Positions 18,444-28,638 of a stretch of 64,000 nt of DNA are shown here, one piece after another. Origin of the DNA: an uncultured Methanosarcinales archaeon (GTDB lineage: Archaea; Nanobdellota; Nanobdellia; Woesearchaeales; CAYMBN01); NCBI GenBank assembly GCA_964388715.1, contig CAYMBN010000005.1, positions 3,434-67,433 of the forward strand, in the 5' to 3' direction. Made by a program: the position numbers and the translations under genes. Each line of letters begins with the position of its first letter. The stretch's first letter is position 1. The notes under the pieces are model-generated. The model saw only the letters and a program-made list of their open reading frames with translations. It ran no database searches and had not been told where the DNA came from.

Positions 18444-19519
18444 TTTATCTCAACAATCACACTCTTTTCTTTACTATTAACTTCTTTAACAACTTCATGC
18501 TTTTTTAATTTTTCCTTAATTTCCTTAAAAGAAAACTTTTTTCTTGCTTTTTTAAGTTCTAAAAGAATTTCCTTAATGATTTGATAATTGTTATAAATAG
18601 TCTCACCTTTTTCTTTATTCTCTTTTTCAGAGTTTTTTAGTTTTTTAATGGTTTTTTCTTGATCAACAATAATCCTCTTTAATTTAGTAATTTCTTTATT
18701 TTCCATCTGAGGTTGAATTACCTGTTTTGATAAAACATAATCTAGTGCTTCATTATAACTCTTAAAAAGTTCTTTTTTTTCTTTTTCATAAACTTTTAAA
18801 TTAAAGGGAATAATATCTCCCTTAACAACTTGAGCACTAATCTTTTCTTTTGTAATTTTCTTAATTTCTTTTAATATTTTCTTAATATCCTTCACTTGTG
18901 AAGGTTTATTATTCTTATCAATATTTAATCTTAAACATATTTCTTCTGAATAAATTCCACCCAAACCTAATTCAAGGGCAAGAGATTTTACTAAATTTTC
19001 TTTATTTGATTTTCCCAACAATTCTTTTAATGTCTTTTCAGTCAATTTAAAAAAATTATATTCTCTTCTAGGAGATTTATATAACTCATTAGGTTTAATT
19101 GTTCTATCTTTCCATTTTTTATATTCAATTGCACTCAAAATCTTATTATCTTTTAATAAAATTAAGTTACCTTTTCCAAACAATTCAACAATTAAATTAA
19201 ATTTTTCATCCTTTGTTTCAATCTCAATATTAACAACCCTTTCAGAATCAATCTGCTTTACTTCTCTAATTCTTCCACTAGTAAGTTTTTTTCTTAAAAA
19301 CATACAAAAACCAGTTGGAGAATCATATTTTCCTTTCTCCTTGGTCAAATAAATAAAATTTCCAGATATTCTCAACAATTTTTTACCTTTATTAGGAACA
19401 TGCAACTGGAATAAAACATTAACTTTATCATGATAAATTTTATCTATTTTACTACCTACTAAAATCTGAAGTTCATTTACAATATAATGAATTTCAATAC
19501 TTGATAAGTTTCTTTTCAT
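18440..19519 (-). CDS. NFACT/Rqc2 family, N-terminal portion only
   Basis: GSKIDKIY, PTGFCMFLRKKL, QIDSERV, LIVELFGKGNLIL, GLGGIYSEEI; stops after the first coiled coil. Confidence 0.85.
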   Translation of the reverse strand: MKRNLSSIEIHYIVNELQILVGSKIDKIYHDKVNVLFQLHVPNKGKKLLRISGNFIYLTKEKGKYDSPTGFCMFLRKKLTSGRIREVKQIDSERVVNIEIETKDEKFNLIVELFGKGNLILLKDNKILSAIEYKKWKDRTIKPNELYKSPRREYNFFKLTEKTLKELLGKSNKENLVKSLALELGLGGIYSEEICLRLNIDKNNKPSQVKDIKKILKEIKKITKEKISAQVVKGDIIPFNLKVYEKEKKELFKSYNEALDYVLSKQVIQPQMENKEITKLKRIIVDQEKTIKKLKNSEKENKEKGETIYNNYQIIKEILLELKKARKKFSFKEIKEKLKKHEVVKEVNSKEKSVIVEIK

Positions 19520-19610
19520 AACAACAAAAAAAACATTATTGATATATAAATCTACTCAAATTTGAAGATAATCACATTACCTAATCTTCCTCAAAAAAAA
19601 GACCACAACC

Positions 19611-19620
19611 TTTATAAATA
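19611..19620 (+). promoter_or_regulatory. TATA box (with BRE-like upstream sequence) of the ribosomal superoperon
   Basis: ACCACAACC-TTTATAAATA about 160 nt upstream of rpl3; GGAG precedes the ATG. Confidence 0.6.
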
Positions 19621-19776
19621 AGCCCCATTTTTTAGACTTAAAGTGTTTAAATATGGGGTTTGAACACGTGTAAACCAATGCCTGAAAAGAAGCTTTTCAG
19701 TACAAGTTTTTTCTATTGAGAGGCTTCAATAAAAGGTGTATTTTAAAAAAGAGGCAATACAAGGAGCTAATTTAAT

Positions 19777-20754
19777 ATGCCAACAACAAGAAGTCCAAGA
19801 AAAGGAAGTTTACAATTTTGGCCTCGTAAGAGAGCCAAAAGACATTATGCTAGAGTTAGATCTTGGATTACAAAAAAAGAGGTTAAACCACTAGGTTTTA
19901 TTGGCTATAAAGCAGGCATGACACATATTATAGCAATTGATAACAGAGCAACAACAAAAACCAAAGGCTCAGAGATTTTCATTCCAGTGACAATTATCGA
20001 ATGCCCACCAATTAAGGTGCTTGGCATCAGATTCTACAAAAAATCCTATCATGGATTACAACCTCTTTCTCAAATTCTTGCTCAAAAAAATGACAAAGAA
20101 CTTATAAGAAAAATAAAATTACCTAAATCCCAAAAATTAAAGATAGAAGATATTAAAGAATTTGACGATCTAAAAATATTAGTTTATTCACAACCTAAAT
20201 TAACTGGTATTGGAAAGAAAAAGCCAGAAATAATTGAAGTTGCACTTGGTGGTTCAAAAGAAGACAAATTAAAGTTTGCCAAAGAAAATCTTGGAAAAGA
20301 ATTACTTGTTAACAATGTTTTCAAAGAAGGACAACAAGTTGATATTCACTCAATTACAAAAGGAAAAGGGTATCAAGGCCCTGTAAAAAGATTTGGCGTT
20401 AAAATTAGATCACACAAATCAGAGAAAACAAAGCGTGGTCCAGCTAACTTAGGTGCATGGACAGGAAGTAGAACATGGACAGTTGCACACGCTGGTAAAA
20501 TGGGTTTTCATCAAAGAACTGAATATAATAAATGGTTATTAAAAATTAGTGATAAACCTGAAGAAATAAACCCAAAAGGTGGTTTTGTTAATTTTGGATT
20601 TGTAAAAAACAATTATCTTATGTTAAAAGGTTCTATTGGTGGGAGTAAGAAAAGAGCAGTCATTATTACTGATACAATAAGACCAAACAAAAAAATTTTA
20701 AACAAAGTACCTGAAATTAAATATATCAGTTTAGAATCAAAACAAGGTAAATAA
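19777..20754 (+). CDS. rpl3: 50S ribosomal protein uL3
   Basis: PRKGSLQFWPRKRA, GYKAGMTH, TKGKGYQGPVKRFG. Confidence 0.97.
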   Translation: MPTTRSPRKGSLQFWPRKRAKRHYARVRSWITKKEVKPLGFIGYKAGMTHIIAIDNRATTKTKGSEIFIPVTIIECPPIKVLGIRFYKKSYHGLQPLSQILAQKNDKELIRKIKLPKSQKLKIEDIKEFDDLKILVYSQPKLTGIGKKKPEIIEVALGGSKEDKLKFAKENLGKELLVNNVFKEGQQVDIHSITKGKGYQGPVKRFGVKIRSHKSEKTKRGPANLGAWTGSRTWTVAHAGKMGFHQRTEYNKWLLKISDKPEEINPKGGFVNFGFVKNNYLMLKGSIGGSKKRAVIITDTIRPNKKILNKVPEIKYISLESKQGK

Positions 20755-20756
20755 AG

Positions 20757-21563
20757 ATGAAAATAAGATTATTAGACATTGAAGGGAAGGAAAAAGCCAC
20801 AAAAGAATTACCTAAACAGTTTAAAGAAGATATAAGACCAAATTTAATATTAAGAGCGGTTTTAGCTATTAAAAGTCATAAAAGACAAAAGTATGGTTCT
20901 GATTCAAGAGCAGGTAAAAAAGTATCAGCACAAGTTTCCAAAAGAAGAAAAAAATACAGAGGATGTTATGGTTTTGGAATTTCAAGAGTTCCAAGAAAAA
21001 TTTTAAGTCGAAGAGGAACAAGAATGAATTGGGTTGGTGCACTTGTTCCAGGTACTGTTGGTGGTAGAAGAGCACATCCACCAAAAGCTGAAAAAAATTG
21101 GGAACAAAAAATAAACAAGAAAGAAAAAAGAAAAGCTATTAGAAGTGCAATTAGTGCAACAATTAACAAAGAATTAGTAGAAAAAAGAGGACATAAAGTT
21201 CCTAATAATTATCCATTTATAATTGATTCAAAAATTCAAGAAATTAACAAAACCAAAGAAGTAAAAAAACTTTTAGTCAAACTAGGACTAAAAGAAGAAC
21301 TTAAAAGGGCAAGTAGCAAAAAAATAAGGGCTGGAAAAGGAAAATTAAGAGGAAGAAAATATAAAAAAAAGACCGGTCCGTTAATAGTTGTGTCTGAAGA
21401 TTGTAAATTAACAAAAAGTGTCAGAAACATACCAGGTTGTAATATTATTAGTGTCAAAAATTTGAATGCAGACATATTAGCTCCTGGTGCAAATGTAGGA
21501 AGATTAACAATATTTTCAGAAGATGCTATCAATAAAATGGAAAAGGAGAAATTATTTTTATAA
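20757..21563 (+). CDS. rpl4: 50S ribosomal protein uL4
   Basis: [29 protein letters not shown]...GRLT. Confidence 0.97.
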   Translation: MKIRLLDIEGKEKATKELPKQFKEDIRPNLILRAVLAIKSHKRQKYGSDSRAGKKVSAQVSKRRKKYRGCYGFGISRVPRKILSRRGTRMNWVGALVPGTVGGRRAHPPKAEKNWEQKINKKEKRKAIRSAISATINKELVEKRGHKVPNNYPFIIDSKIQEINKTKEVKKLLVKLGLKEELKRASSKKIRAGKGKLRGRKYKKKTGPLIVVSEDCKLTKSVRNIPGCNIISVKNLNADILAPGANVGRLTIFSEDAINKMEKEKLFL

Positions 21564-21571
21564 GGTGTAAA

Positions 21572-21832
21572 ATGGATCCATACAAAATAATCAAAAACCC
21601 ACTTGCAACAGAAAAATCAATTAGATTAATGGAATCTGAAAACAAATTAATTTTTGTAGTAGATCAAAAAGCAAAAAAGAAGGATATTAAAATAGCTGTT
21701 GAAGAAATTTTTAAAGTTAAAGTAGAAAAAGTAAATACTTTTTTAACACCAAAAGGAGAAAAAAGAGCTTATGTTAAGTTTAACAAGGATAACCCTGCAA
21801 TTGACATTGCAACACAAATGGGGTTAATGTAA
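21572..21832 (+). CDS. rpl23: 50S ribosomal protein uL23
   Basis: PLATEKS, NKLIFVV, KRAYVK. Confidence 0.96.
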   Translation: MDPYKIIKNPLATEKSIRLMESENKLIFVVDQKAKKKDIKIAVEEIFKVKVEKVNTFLTPKGEKRAYVKFNKDNPAIDIATQMGLM

Positions 21833-21844
21833 CGGTGATTAAAT

Positions 21845-22561
21845 ATGGGTAAAAATTTAATACAACAAGCACGTGGAAAAGGAGGCCCAAGGTATAGGGC
21901 ACCAAGTTTTAGATATAAAGGTAAAGCAACCCATAACAAATTCACTGATAAAATAATCAAAGGTATTGTCATAGATATAATTCATTGTCAAGGTCATTCA
22001 GCACCTCTTGCAGAAATCAGGTATGAAAATAATGAAAAAATATTAATGATTGCTCCTGAAGGCATAAAAGTTGGTGACAGTGTAGAATCAGGGGGAAAGA
22101 ACATTAATAATGGTAACATTCTTGCACTAAAAGATTTACCAATTGGTACACAAATATATAATATTGAATCAAACCCTGGAGACGGTGGAAAATTCGTACG
22201 TTCTTCAGGCACATGTGCTAGAGTTATAGGAAAAATAGGAAATGAAATTAATGTAGAATTGCCTTCTAAGAAAAAGAAAATGTTTAATGAAAAATGTAGA
22301 GCATGTATTGGATTAATAGCAGGTGGTGGAAGAACAGAAAAACCATTACTAAGAGCTGGTACAATGTTCTTTAAGATGAAAGCTAAAAATAAATTATGGC
22401 CAAAAGTAAGTGGTAGTGCCATGAATGCAGTTGATCATCCATTTGGAAATGCACGTTCATCTAGAAAATCAAAAGCAAAACCTATGCCAAGAAACGCTCC
22501 ACCTGGTAGAAAAGTTGGTATGATTGCTGCAAAAAGAACCGGAAGGAGGAAGAAAAAGTAA
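21845..22561 (+). CDS. rpl2: 50S ribosomal protein uL2
   Basis: QARGKG, AMNAVDHPFG, PPGRKVG.IAAKRTG. Confidence 0.97.
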   Translation: MGKNLIQQARGKGGPRYRAPSFRYKGKATHNKFTDKIIKGIVIDIIHCQGHSAPLAEIRYENNEKILMIAPEGIKVGDSVESGGKNINNGNILALKDLPIGTQIYNIESNPGDGGKFVRSSGTCARVIGKIGNEINVELPSKKKKMFNEKCRACIGLIAGGGRTEKPLLRAGTMFFKMKAKNKLWPKVSGSAMNAVDHPFGNARSSRKSKAKPMPRNAPPGRKVGMIAAKRTGRRKKK

Positions 22562-22567
22562 ACTAAA

Positions 22568-22951
22568 ATGGCAAAAAAAGAATTCACATACAAAGGAAAA
22601 ACATTAGATGAATTAAAAAAGTTAAGCTTAAAAGAATTTATTGAATTAGTTCCAACAAGGATTAGAAGGACACTTAAAAGAGGTTTTACAGATCAACAAA
22701 AAATATTGATTGAAAATATAAAAAAGGGTAAAAAAACTATTAAAACACATTGTAGAACTATGATAATTTTACCATTTATGGTTGGATTAACTATTAATGT
22801 TTATAACGGAAAAGAATTTGTTCCAGTAGCAATTCAAACAGAAATGGTTGCTCATCGTTTAGGAGAATTCACATTAACAAGAAAAGGAGTTAAACATAGT
22901 GCACCTGGTATTGGAGCAACAAGATCAAGTGCAGCTATATCAGTGAGGTAA
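22568..22951 (+). CDS. rps19: 30S ribosomal protein uS19
   Basis: [25 protein letters not shown]. Confidence 0.97.
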   Translation: MAKKEFTYKGKTLDELKKLSLKEFIELVPTRIRRTLKRGFTDQQKILIENIKKGKKTIKTHCRTMIILPFMVGLTINVYNGKEFVPVAIQTEMVAHRLGEFTLTRKGVKHSAPGIGATRSSAAISVR

Positions 22952-22953
22952 TT

Positions 22954-23526
22954 ATGACACAATACAAATATTCAACAAAAAATTATAACAAAGAGCTCAT
23001 GGCAAGAGCAGTTGGGAGAGATTTATCTATCTCAACAAAACAATCTGTTGAAATTTGTAATTTTTTAAGAAATAAAAAACTTGAAACAGCAAAGAGTATA
23101 TTACAAGGTGCAATTCAAAAAAAGAAACCCATCCCATTCAAAAGATACAATAAAGATATGGGCCATAAAAGAGGTAATATTGCAGCAGGACGTTATCCTG
23201 TAAAAGCATGTGAACAAATATTAAGTTTAATAGAAAGTGTTGAAGCAAACGCACAATTTAAAGGATTAAGCACTGGAAATCTAGTTTTAAAATTCATCAA
23301 AGCTAGTAAAGCAAGAAGACCTTGGCATTTTGGAAGAAAAAGAAGAAGAAAAATGAAAAGATCACATATTGAAGTAATTGTTGAAGAAGGAGTAGAAAAA
23401 AAGAAAGAAGTTCCAAAAAAAACAAAAGAAGAAGCACCTAAAAAAGAAACTAAGCCAACAGAACAAAAAAAAGACAATAAAACTCAAAAAACTCCTACAA
23501 AAACTAAAGAGGAAACCAAAAAATGA
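22954..23526 (+). CDS. rpl22: 50S ribosomal protein uL22
   Basis: ISTKQSVEIC, GRYPVKA, NAQFKGL; K/E/T-rich tail. Confidence 0.96.
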   Translation: MTQYKYSTKNYNKELMARAVGRDLSISTKQSVEICNFLRNKKLETAKSILQGAIQKKKPIPFKRYNKDMGHKRGNIAAGRYPVKACEQILSLIESVEANAQFKGLSTGNLVLKFIKASKARRPWHFGRKRRRKMKRSHIEVIVEEGVEKKKEVPKKTKEEAPKKETKPTEQKKDNKTQKTPTKTKEETKK

Positions 23527-24293
23527 TCGAGCGAAACCTAGTTAAACAAAAGAAAAAGGAATTTCAAGTACATAAATTTATTTCAGATAATTTAAACAGA
23601 GTTGGTCATTCACATACTAAAGTACAAAGAACACCTCTTGGAGAAAAAATTATAATTTTCACTTCAAGACCAGGATTAGTCGTTGGAAGTAAAGGTTCTA
23701 ACATAAAAAGACTTACAGGATTACTTAAAACAAAATTTGGTTTAGAAAATCCACAAATCGAAATTGCGGAAGTTGAAAACGTTAATTTAGATGCAAATAT
23801 TGTTGCTGAAAGAATTACTAACTCACTAGAAAAATATGGCACAGGAAAATTTAAGGGTGTTGGACACAAAGTAATGGGAGATGTTATGAATTCCGGTGCT
23901 CTTGGAATAGAAATAATAATGAGTGGAAAAATTCCTGGTGCAAGAGCAAGAAGTTGGAGATTTTATACCGGTTATCTAAAAAAATGTGGTGAATTAGCAG
24001 TAAATGATGTTTTAATCGCTTACAAAACAGCACAGCTTAAAACAGGTAGTATAGGTATTAAAGTAAGTATAATGCCACCATGGATAAAAGAAAAATTACC
24101 AGATAATATTCAATTCATAGATGAAATTAAAGAAGAAGTTACTGAACAACCTAAGGAAGAAAAGGAAGTTATTAAACAAGCAAAAGATAAGAAGAAATCT
24201 TCAAAAAAACTTCCAAAAGAAGAAACACAAAAAGAAAAAAATACAAAAAAACAAAGTAAAAAGGAGCAAGAAGATGGTAATACTAAAAAGTAA
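23523..24293 (+). CDS. rps3: 30S ribosomal protein uS3
   Basis: TPLG, RPGLVVG, NPQIE, SGKIPGARAR; K/E-rich tail. Confidence 0.96.
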   Translation: MIERNLVKQKKKEFQVHKFISDNLNRVGHSHTKVQRTPLGEKIIIFTSRPGLVVGSKGSNIKRLTGLLKTKFGLENPQIEIAEVENVNLDANIVAERITNSLEKYGTGKFKGVGHKVMGDVMNSGALGIEIIMSGKIPGARARSWRFYTGYLKKCGELAVNDVLIAYKTAQLKTGSIGIKVSIMPPWIKEKLPDNIQFIDEIKEEVTEQPKEEKEVIKQAKDKKKSSKKLPKEETQKEKNTKKQSKKEQEDGNTKK

Positions 24294-24474
24294 AGACATT
24301 AAAAGTATGACAAAAGAAGAATTAGAAGAAAAATTAAGAGAACTAAAAAAAGAGATTATGAAAGAAAGAGTCCAAATTTCAACAGGTACTGCTCTTAAAA
24401 GTCCTGGCCAGATTAAAGCTACAAAAAAAACAATCGCCAGAATCTTAACACATTTGAATCAAAAAAAATTATGA
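24274..24474 (+). CDS. rpl29: 50S ribosomal protein uL29
   Basis: MVILKSKDIKSMTKEEL...KKTIARILT; ATG at 24274 follows AAGGAG. Confidence 0.9.
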   Translation: MVILKSKDIKSMTKEELEEKLRELKKEIMKERVQISTGTALKSPGQIKATKKTIARILTHLNQKKL

Positions 24475-24482
24475 GGAGGAAT

Positions 24483-24791
24483 ATGTCAGAAATATGTACA
24501 CAATGTGGCTTACCAAAAGAACTTTGTGTTTGTGAAACAATAGCAAAAGAAAGTCAAAGGATCAAAGTAACAACAACTAAAAGAAAATTTGGAAAAATAT
24601 ATACTGAAATTGAAGGAATTGACGGAAAAGACATTAACATGAAGGATCTCACAAAAAAACTTAAGTCCAAATTTGCGTGTGGAGGGACATGGAAAGAAAA
24701 CAAAATTGAGTTACAAGGAAATCACAAAAACAAAGTAAAAGCAATTTTGATTGAAATGGGCTTTCCAGCCGAAACAATTGAAGTGAAATAA
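24483..24791 (+). CDS. sui1: Translation initiation factor aIF1/SUI1
   Basis: ICTQCGLPKELCVC, LKSKFACGGT, IELQG; ATG at 24483 follows AGGAGG. Confidence 0.95.
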   Translation: MSEICTQCGLPKELCVCETIAKESQRIKVTTTKRKFGKIYTEIEGIDGKDINMKDLTKKLKSKFACGGTWKENKIELQGNHKNKVKAILIEMGFPAETIEVK

Positions 24792-24826
24792 AAAAATTTC
24801 AAAAAAGCTTTGGTGAGCTAAAAAAA

Positions 24827-25081
24827 ATGAATATCAAAGATATCATTAAACATGAATTGATTGGATTAAACATTGAAATAATCAATTCAAAAAATAAAAG
24901 TAACATTGGAATCAAAGGAAAAATAATTGACGAAACAAAACACACATTAAAAATAAAAAAAGGTGATAAGATCAAAACAGTTTTCAAAAAAAACATTATT
25001 TTGAAAACAAAAGTTAACAATCATTCAATCAAAATTGATGGTTACAAATTAGTAAAAAGAAGCTATGAACGGGTGAAATGA
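24827..25081 (+). CDS. rnp1: RNase P protein subunit Rpp29
   Basis: HELIGL, GIKGKIIDET; canonical operon position. Confidence 0.9.
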   Translation: MNIKDIIKHELIGLNIEIINSKNKSNIGIKGKIIDETKHTLKIKKGDKIKTVFKKNIILKTKVNNHSIKIDGYKLVKRSYERVK

Positions 25082-25525
25082 ATGAAAAATATTGGAATTA
25101 AAACAAATGTTCCAAAGAAAAAATGTGAAGACAAAAACTGTCCTCATCATGGTAGTTTGAGAGTTAAAGGAAATATTATTACAGGAACTGTTGTATCAGA
25201 TAAAATGCATAAAAGCATTACTGTTAAATGGGGCAGAAAAATTTTAATCCCAAAATATGAAAGATACGAGAAAAGAATTACTAAAATTAAAGCTCATAAT
25301 CCAACATGTATTAATGCAAAAGAAGGAGATATTGTAAGAATAATGTTATGTAAACCACTAAGTAAAACCAAAAATTATGTGGTAATTGATATTTTAGGTA
25401 AAGAAAAAGGATATATTGAAAGAAAAGAAGCATTAGAAGAATCAAAATTTAAAGAAAAACCTTTAATCAAAAAGGAAGAAGGGGAAAAGGAAGAAAATGC
25501 AAGCGCTAAAAGCAAAGATCAGTAA
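25082..25525 (+). CDS. rps17: 30S ribosomal protein uS17
   Basis: CEDKNCPHHG, PKYERYEKR, PLSKTK. Confidence 0.96.
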   Translation: MKNIGIKTNVPKKKCEDKNCPHHGSLRVKGNIITGTVVSDKMHKSITVKWGRKILIPKYERYEKRITKIKAHNPTCINAKEGDIVRIMLCKPLSKTKNYVVIDILGKEKGYIERKEALEESKFKEKPLIKKEEGEKEENASAKSKDQ

Positions 25526-25898
25526 AGGACTCCAAATAGGATCATGGTTATCAACATGTGATAATTCAGGAGCTAAGATAATTAAAGTTATATCAGTTAA
25601 AGGCCAAAAAACTGTTAAAGGAAGAAAACCAAAAGCAGGAGTTGCCGATCTTATACTAGCTTCAGTAAAAAAAGGTAAACCAGAGATGAGAAAAGAAGTT
25701 GTCTTTGCTGTAATTGTGAGACAAAAAAAAGAGTATAAAAGGGCTGATGGTACAAGAATTAAGTTTGAGGATAATGCAGCAGTTGTATTAAAAGATGACA
25801 AAGGAAACCCAAAAGGAACCATATTCAAAGGTGCTATTGCAAAGGAAGCATGTGAACGATGGCCAGGCGTAGCAAAACTTGCTAATATAATTGTATAA
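25497..25898 (+). CDS. rpl14: 50S ribosomal protein uL14
   Basis: DNSGAK, VRQKKEY, FEDNAAV. Confidence 0.97.
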   Translation: MQALKAKISKGLQIGSWLSTCDNSGAKIIKVISVKGQKTVKGRKPKAGVADLILASVKKGKPEMRKEVVFAVIVRQKKEYKRADGTRIKFEDNAAVVLKDDKGNPKGTIFKGAIAKEACERWPGVAKLANIIV

Positions 25899-25906
25899 GT
25901 GATAAA

Positions 25907-26275
25907 ATGAGAAAAAAATTTTCAAAATCATGGGAAAAAAGTAAAAAAACAAGAAAACAAAGGAAATATTTAGAGAACGCTCCATTACATATTAAACAAA
26001 AATTTATGGGATGTCACCTTATAAAGGAACTAAGAAAAAAATATAATAAAAGATCTTTAAGTGCTAGAAAAGGAGACAAAGTTAAAATATTAAGAGGACA
26101 ATTTAAAGGACAAATTGGAAAAATTGATAGAATGGATATAAAAAAATCAAAAATATTTATCCAAGGGATTGAAATAATAAAAAAGGATGGTACTAAAACC
26201 AATTATCCAATACACCCATCAAATGTTACAATCATGGAAATTTATTTAGATGATAAAAGAAGGTTAAAAAAATGA
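25907..26275 (+). CDS. rpl24: 50S ribosomal protein uL24
   Basis: RKQRK...APLH, KGDKVKILRG, IHPSNV. Confidence 0.96.
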   Translation: MRKKFSKSWEKSKKTRKQRKYLENAPLHIKQKFMGCHLIKELRKKYNKRSLSARKGDKVKILRGQFKGQIGKIDRMDIKKSKIFIQGIEIIKKDGTKTNYPIHPSNVTIMEIYLDDKRRLKK

Positions 26276-26958
26276 AACAACATATCAAAAGATTAAATAC
26301 ACCAAAAACATGGAACATTAAAAGAAAAGGTATTTGCTGGATTACAAGACCTAAACCCGGTGCACATCCCCTTAAATTTGGAATGTCCATTAATTCAGTA
26401 CTTAAAGAAATATTAAAGTTAACAAAAACAACAAAAGAAAGTAAAAGAATTATTAATAATAAAAATATTTTGATTGATGGTAAAATTATAAAGGAACATA
26501 GATTCCTTGTCGGATTTATGGATGTTATATCTCTTCCTTCAATAAAAAAATATTATAGGATAATTTTTGATAAAAAGGGTAGATTAAGTCTAATTGAAAT
26601 TGATGAAAAAGAGTCCAAAATGAAAATATGTAAAATTTTAAACAAACATACTCTTAAGGGTAAAATACAAATCAATTTTACCGACTCAAGAAATATAATC
26701 GTTGATAAAAATAGTTACAACACAAGTGATTCTTTACTTATTACCTTACCTGATCAAAAAATTAAAGATCATATAAAATTCGAAAAAAATTCAACTATTT
26801 ATTTAATTGGTGGAAAACATATTGGAATAATTGGGAAAGTTGAAGAAATAAAAGGAAATAAGTTCATATTTAAAACACAAAAAGGTGAAACATACGAAAC
26901 ACTCAAAAAATATGCCTTTGTAATTGGTAAAGATAAACCTATAATGAAACTAGAATGA
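26272..26958 (+). CDS. rps4e: 30S ribosomal protein eS4
   Basis: HIKRL..PKTW, PGAH, VGFMDVI, GGKHIG. Confidence 0.96.
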   Translation: MKQHIKRLNTPKTWNIKRKGICWITRPKPGAHPLKFGMSINSVLKEILKLTKTTKESKRIINNKNILIDGKIIKEHRFLVGFMDVISLPSIKKYYRIIFDKKGRLSLIEIDEKESKMKICKILNKHTLKGKIQINFTDSRNIIVDKNSYNTSDSLLITLPDQKIKDHIKFEKNSTIYLIGGKHIGIIGKVEEIKGNKFIFKTQKGETYETLKKYAFVIGKDKPIMKLE

Positions 26959-27467
26959 ATTCCATGAAAAAAATTAGGATTGAGAAATTAACACTAAACA
27001 TTGGTTCAGGTAAAGAACAGAATATTCTAGATAAAGGTATGAAATTAATAAAAAATATTACTGGAACAACCCCAGTAAAGACAATTACACAAAAAAGAAT
27101 CCCTGGATGGGGATTAAGACCAGGATTACCTATTGGATGTAAGCTTACTTTAAGAAGGAAAAAAGCAGAAGAACTCTTATTAAGATTACTTGACGCAAAA
27201 AGCTTTACCTTAAATGAAAAACAGTTTGATTTATTTGGTAACATCTCTTTTGGAATTCCAGAATATATTGATATTAAAGATGCAAAATATGACCCAGAGA
27301 TAGGAATTATGGGTTTACAAGCATGTGTTACTCTTGAAAGACCAGGGTTTAGAATAAGAAAAAGAAAAATCAAACAAAAAAAAGTTCCTTTAAAACATAG
27401 AATAAAAAAACAGGAAGCAATTGAATTTATGAAGAAAAAATATAATATTAAGATGGGTGATGAATAA
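26955..27467 (+). CDS. rpl5: 50S ribosomal protein uL5
   Basis: [33 protein letters not shown]. Confidence 0.97.
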   Translation: MNSMKKIRIEKLTLNIGSGKEQNILDKGMKLIKNITGTTPVKTITQKRIPGWGLRPGLPIGCKLTLRRKKAEELLLRLLDAKSFTLNEKQFDLFGNISFGIPEYIDIKDAKYDPEIGIMGLQACVTLERPGFRIRKRKIKQKKVPLKHRIKKQEAIEFMKKKYNIKMGDE

Positions 27468-27468
27468 A

Positions 27469-27699
27469 ATGAGTTATGGTAGTCACGATAAAGTTTTCAA
27501 ACAACTTAAAATAAAACCTGCAAAACTAAAGAAATACATAAAACATAATGCACCTAAAAAGAGAAGTTGTGGTAGATCATTAAGAACATGTGAAAGGTGT
27601 GGTCGTGTTAGGGGACACATTCGTAAATATGGATTAAATTTTTGCAGACAATGTTTTAGGGAAATTGCTACCAAAATAGGATTTAAACAATATTCATAG
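27469..27699 (+). CDS. rps14: 30S ribosomal protein uS14 (N-terminally extended)
   Basis: CERCG...CRQCFRE zinc motif; start uncertain (27460 or 27469). Confidence 0.93.
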   Translation: MSYGSHDKVFKQLKIKPAKLKKYIKHNAPKKRSCGRSLRTCERCGRVRGHIRKYGLNFCRQCFREIATKIGFKQYS

Positions 27700-27710
27700 A
27701 GGGTAAAAAA

Positions 27711-28103
27711 ATGTCAATGAACGATCCAATCGCAAATGCTTTGTCAAAAATTTTGAATATGGAAAAAGTAGGAAAACATGTATGTTTAATTAGACCTAGT
27801 TCAAAAGTATTAAACAAAATACTTGAAATTATGAAAAATAACCTTTATATTGGTGATTTTACTATTATTAAAGATTCAAAAGGAGATGTTATAAGATTAA
27901 AATTAATTGGAAGAATTAACAAATGTGGTGCAATTAAACCAAAATACAGTGTCAAAAAAGATGAATATGAAAAATTTGAAAAAAGGTACTTACTTGCTAA
28001 AGACTTTGGTTTAATGATTGTTTCAACACCAAAAGGTATTATGATTCATACAGAAGCAAAAAAGAAAAACTTAGGAGGTAGGCTTTTAGCTTATTGTTAT
28101 TAA
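27711..28103 (+). CDS. rps8: 30S ribosomal protein uS8
   Basis: DPIANAL, GRINKCGAIKP, STPKG, GGRLLAY. Confidence 0.97.
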   Translation: MSMNDPIANALSKILNMEKVGKHVCLIRPSSKVLNKILEIMKNNLYIGDFTIIKDSKGDVIRLKLIGRINKCGAIKPKYSVKKDEYEKFEKRYLLAKDFGLMIVSTPKGIMIHTEAKKKNLGGRLLAYCY

Positions 28104-28104
28104 G

Positions 28105-28638
28105 ATGGAAGAAAAATTAATTATTCCTGAAAAAATAGAAGTAAAATTTGAAAAGAACATCCTAATAATTAAAGGTAAAAATGGTGAAGTAACCCGTGAA
28201 TTTAGGTATCCAGGAATAAATATTAAGATTAATACAAATGAAATAAGTATCAGTTCAAAAAAAGATAAAAAAAACAATAAGAAGATTATTGGATCATTCA
28301 AAGCCCACATTAAAAATATGTTTAAAGGGGCTAGTGAGGGGCATTTATATAAATTAAAAGTATGTGCAGGTCATTTTCCAGTAAATATAAGTGTGAAAAA
28401 CAATGAATTAATTGTTAAAAACTTCCTGGGGGAAAAAGTACCCCGAGTACTTAAACTAAAACAAGGTGTAAATGTTAAAATTGATGGTGAAATTATCACT
28501 GTTGAAGGCAGTAACAAAGAATTAACAGCACAAACAGCTGCTGACATTGAATTACTTTCAAAAGTTAAAAATCGTGATTTAAGAATTTTCCAAGATGGAA
28601 TATATATTGTTCATAAGGATGGTAAAGATCTAAAATGA
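28105..28638 (+). CDS. rpl6: 50S ribosomal protein uL6
   Basis: HFPVN, NFLGEK, QTAADIE, DLRIFQDGIY. Confidence 0.97.
   Translation: MEEKLIIPEKIEVKFEKNILIIKGKNGEVTREFRYPGINIKINTNEISISSKKDKKNNKKIIGSFKAHIKNMFKGASEGHLYKLKVCAGHFPVNISVKNNELIVKNFLGEKVPRVLKLKQGVNVKIDGEIITVEGSNKELTAQTAADIELLSKVKNRDLRIFQDGIYIVHKDGKDLK

Noticed and set aside
24121..24273. Long N-terminal extension of uL29
   Set aside because: It is an alternative frame of the A-rich uS3 tail; the SD-supported start is 24274.
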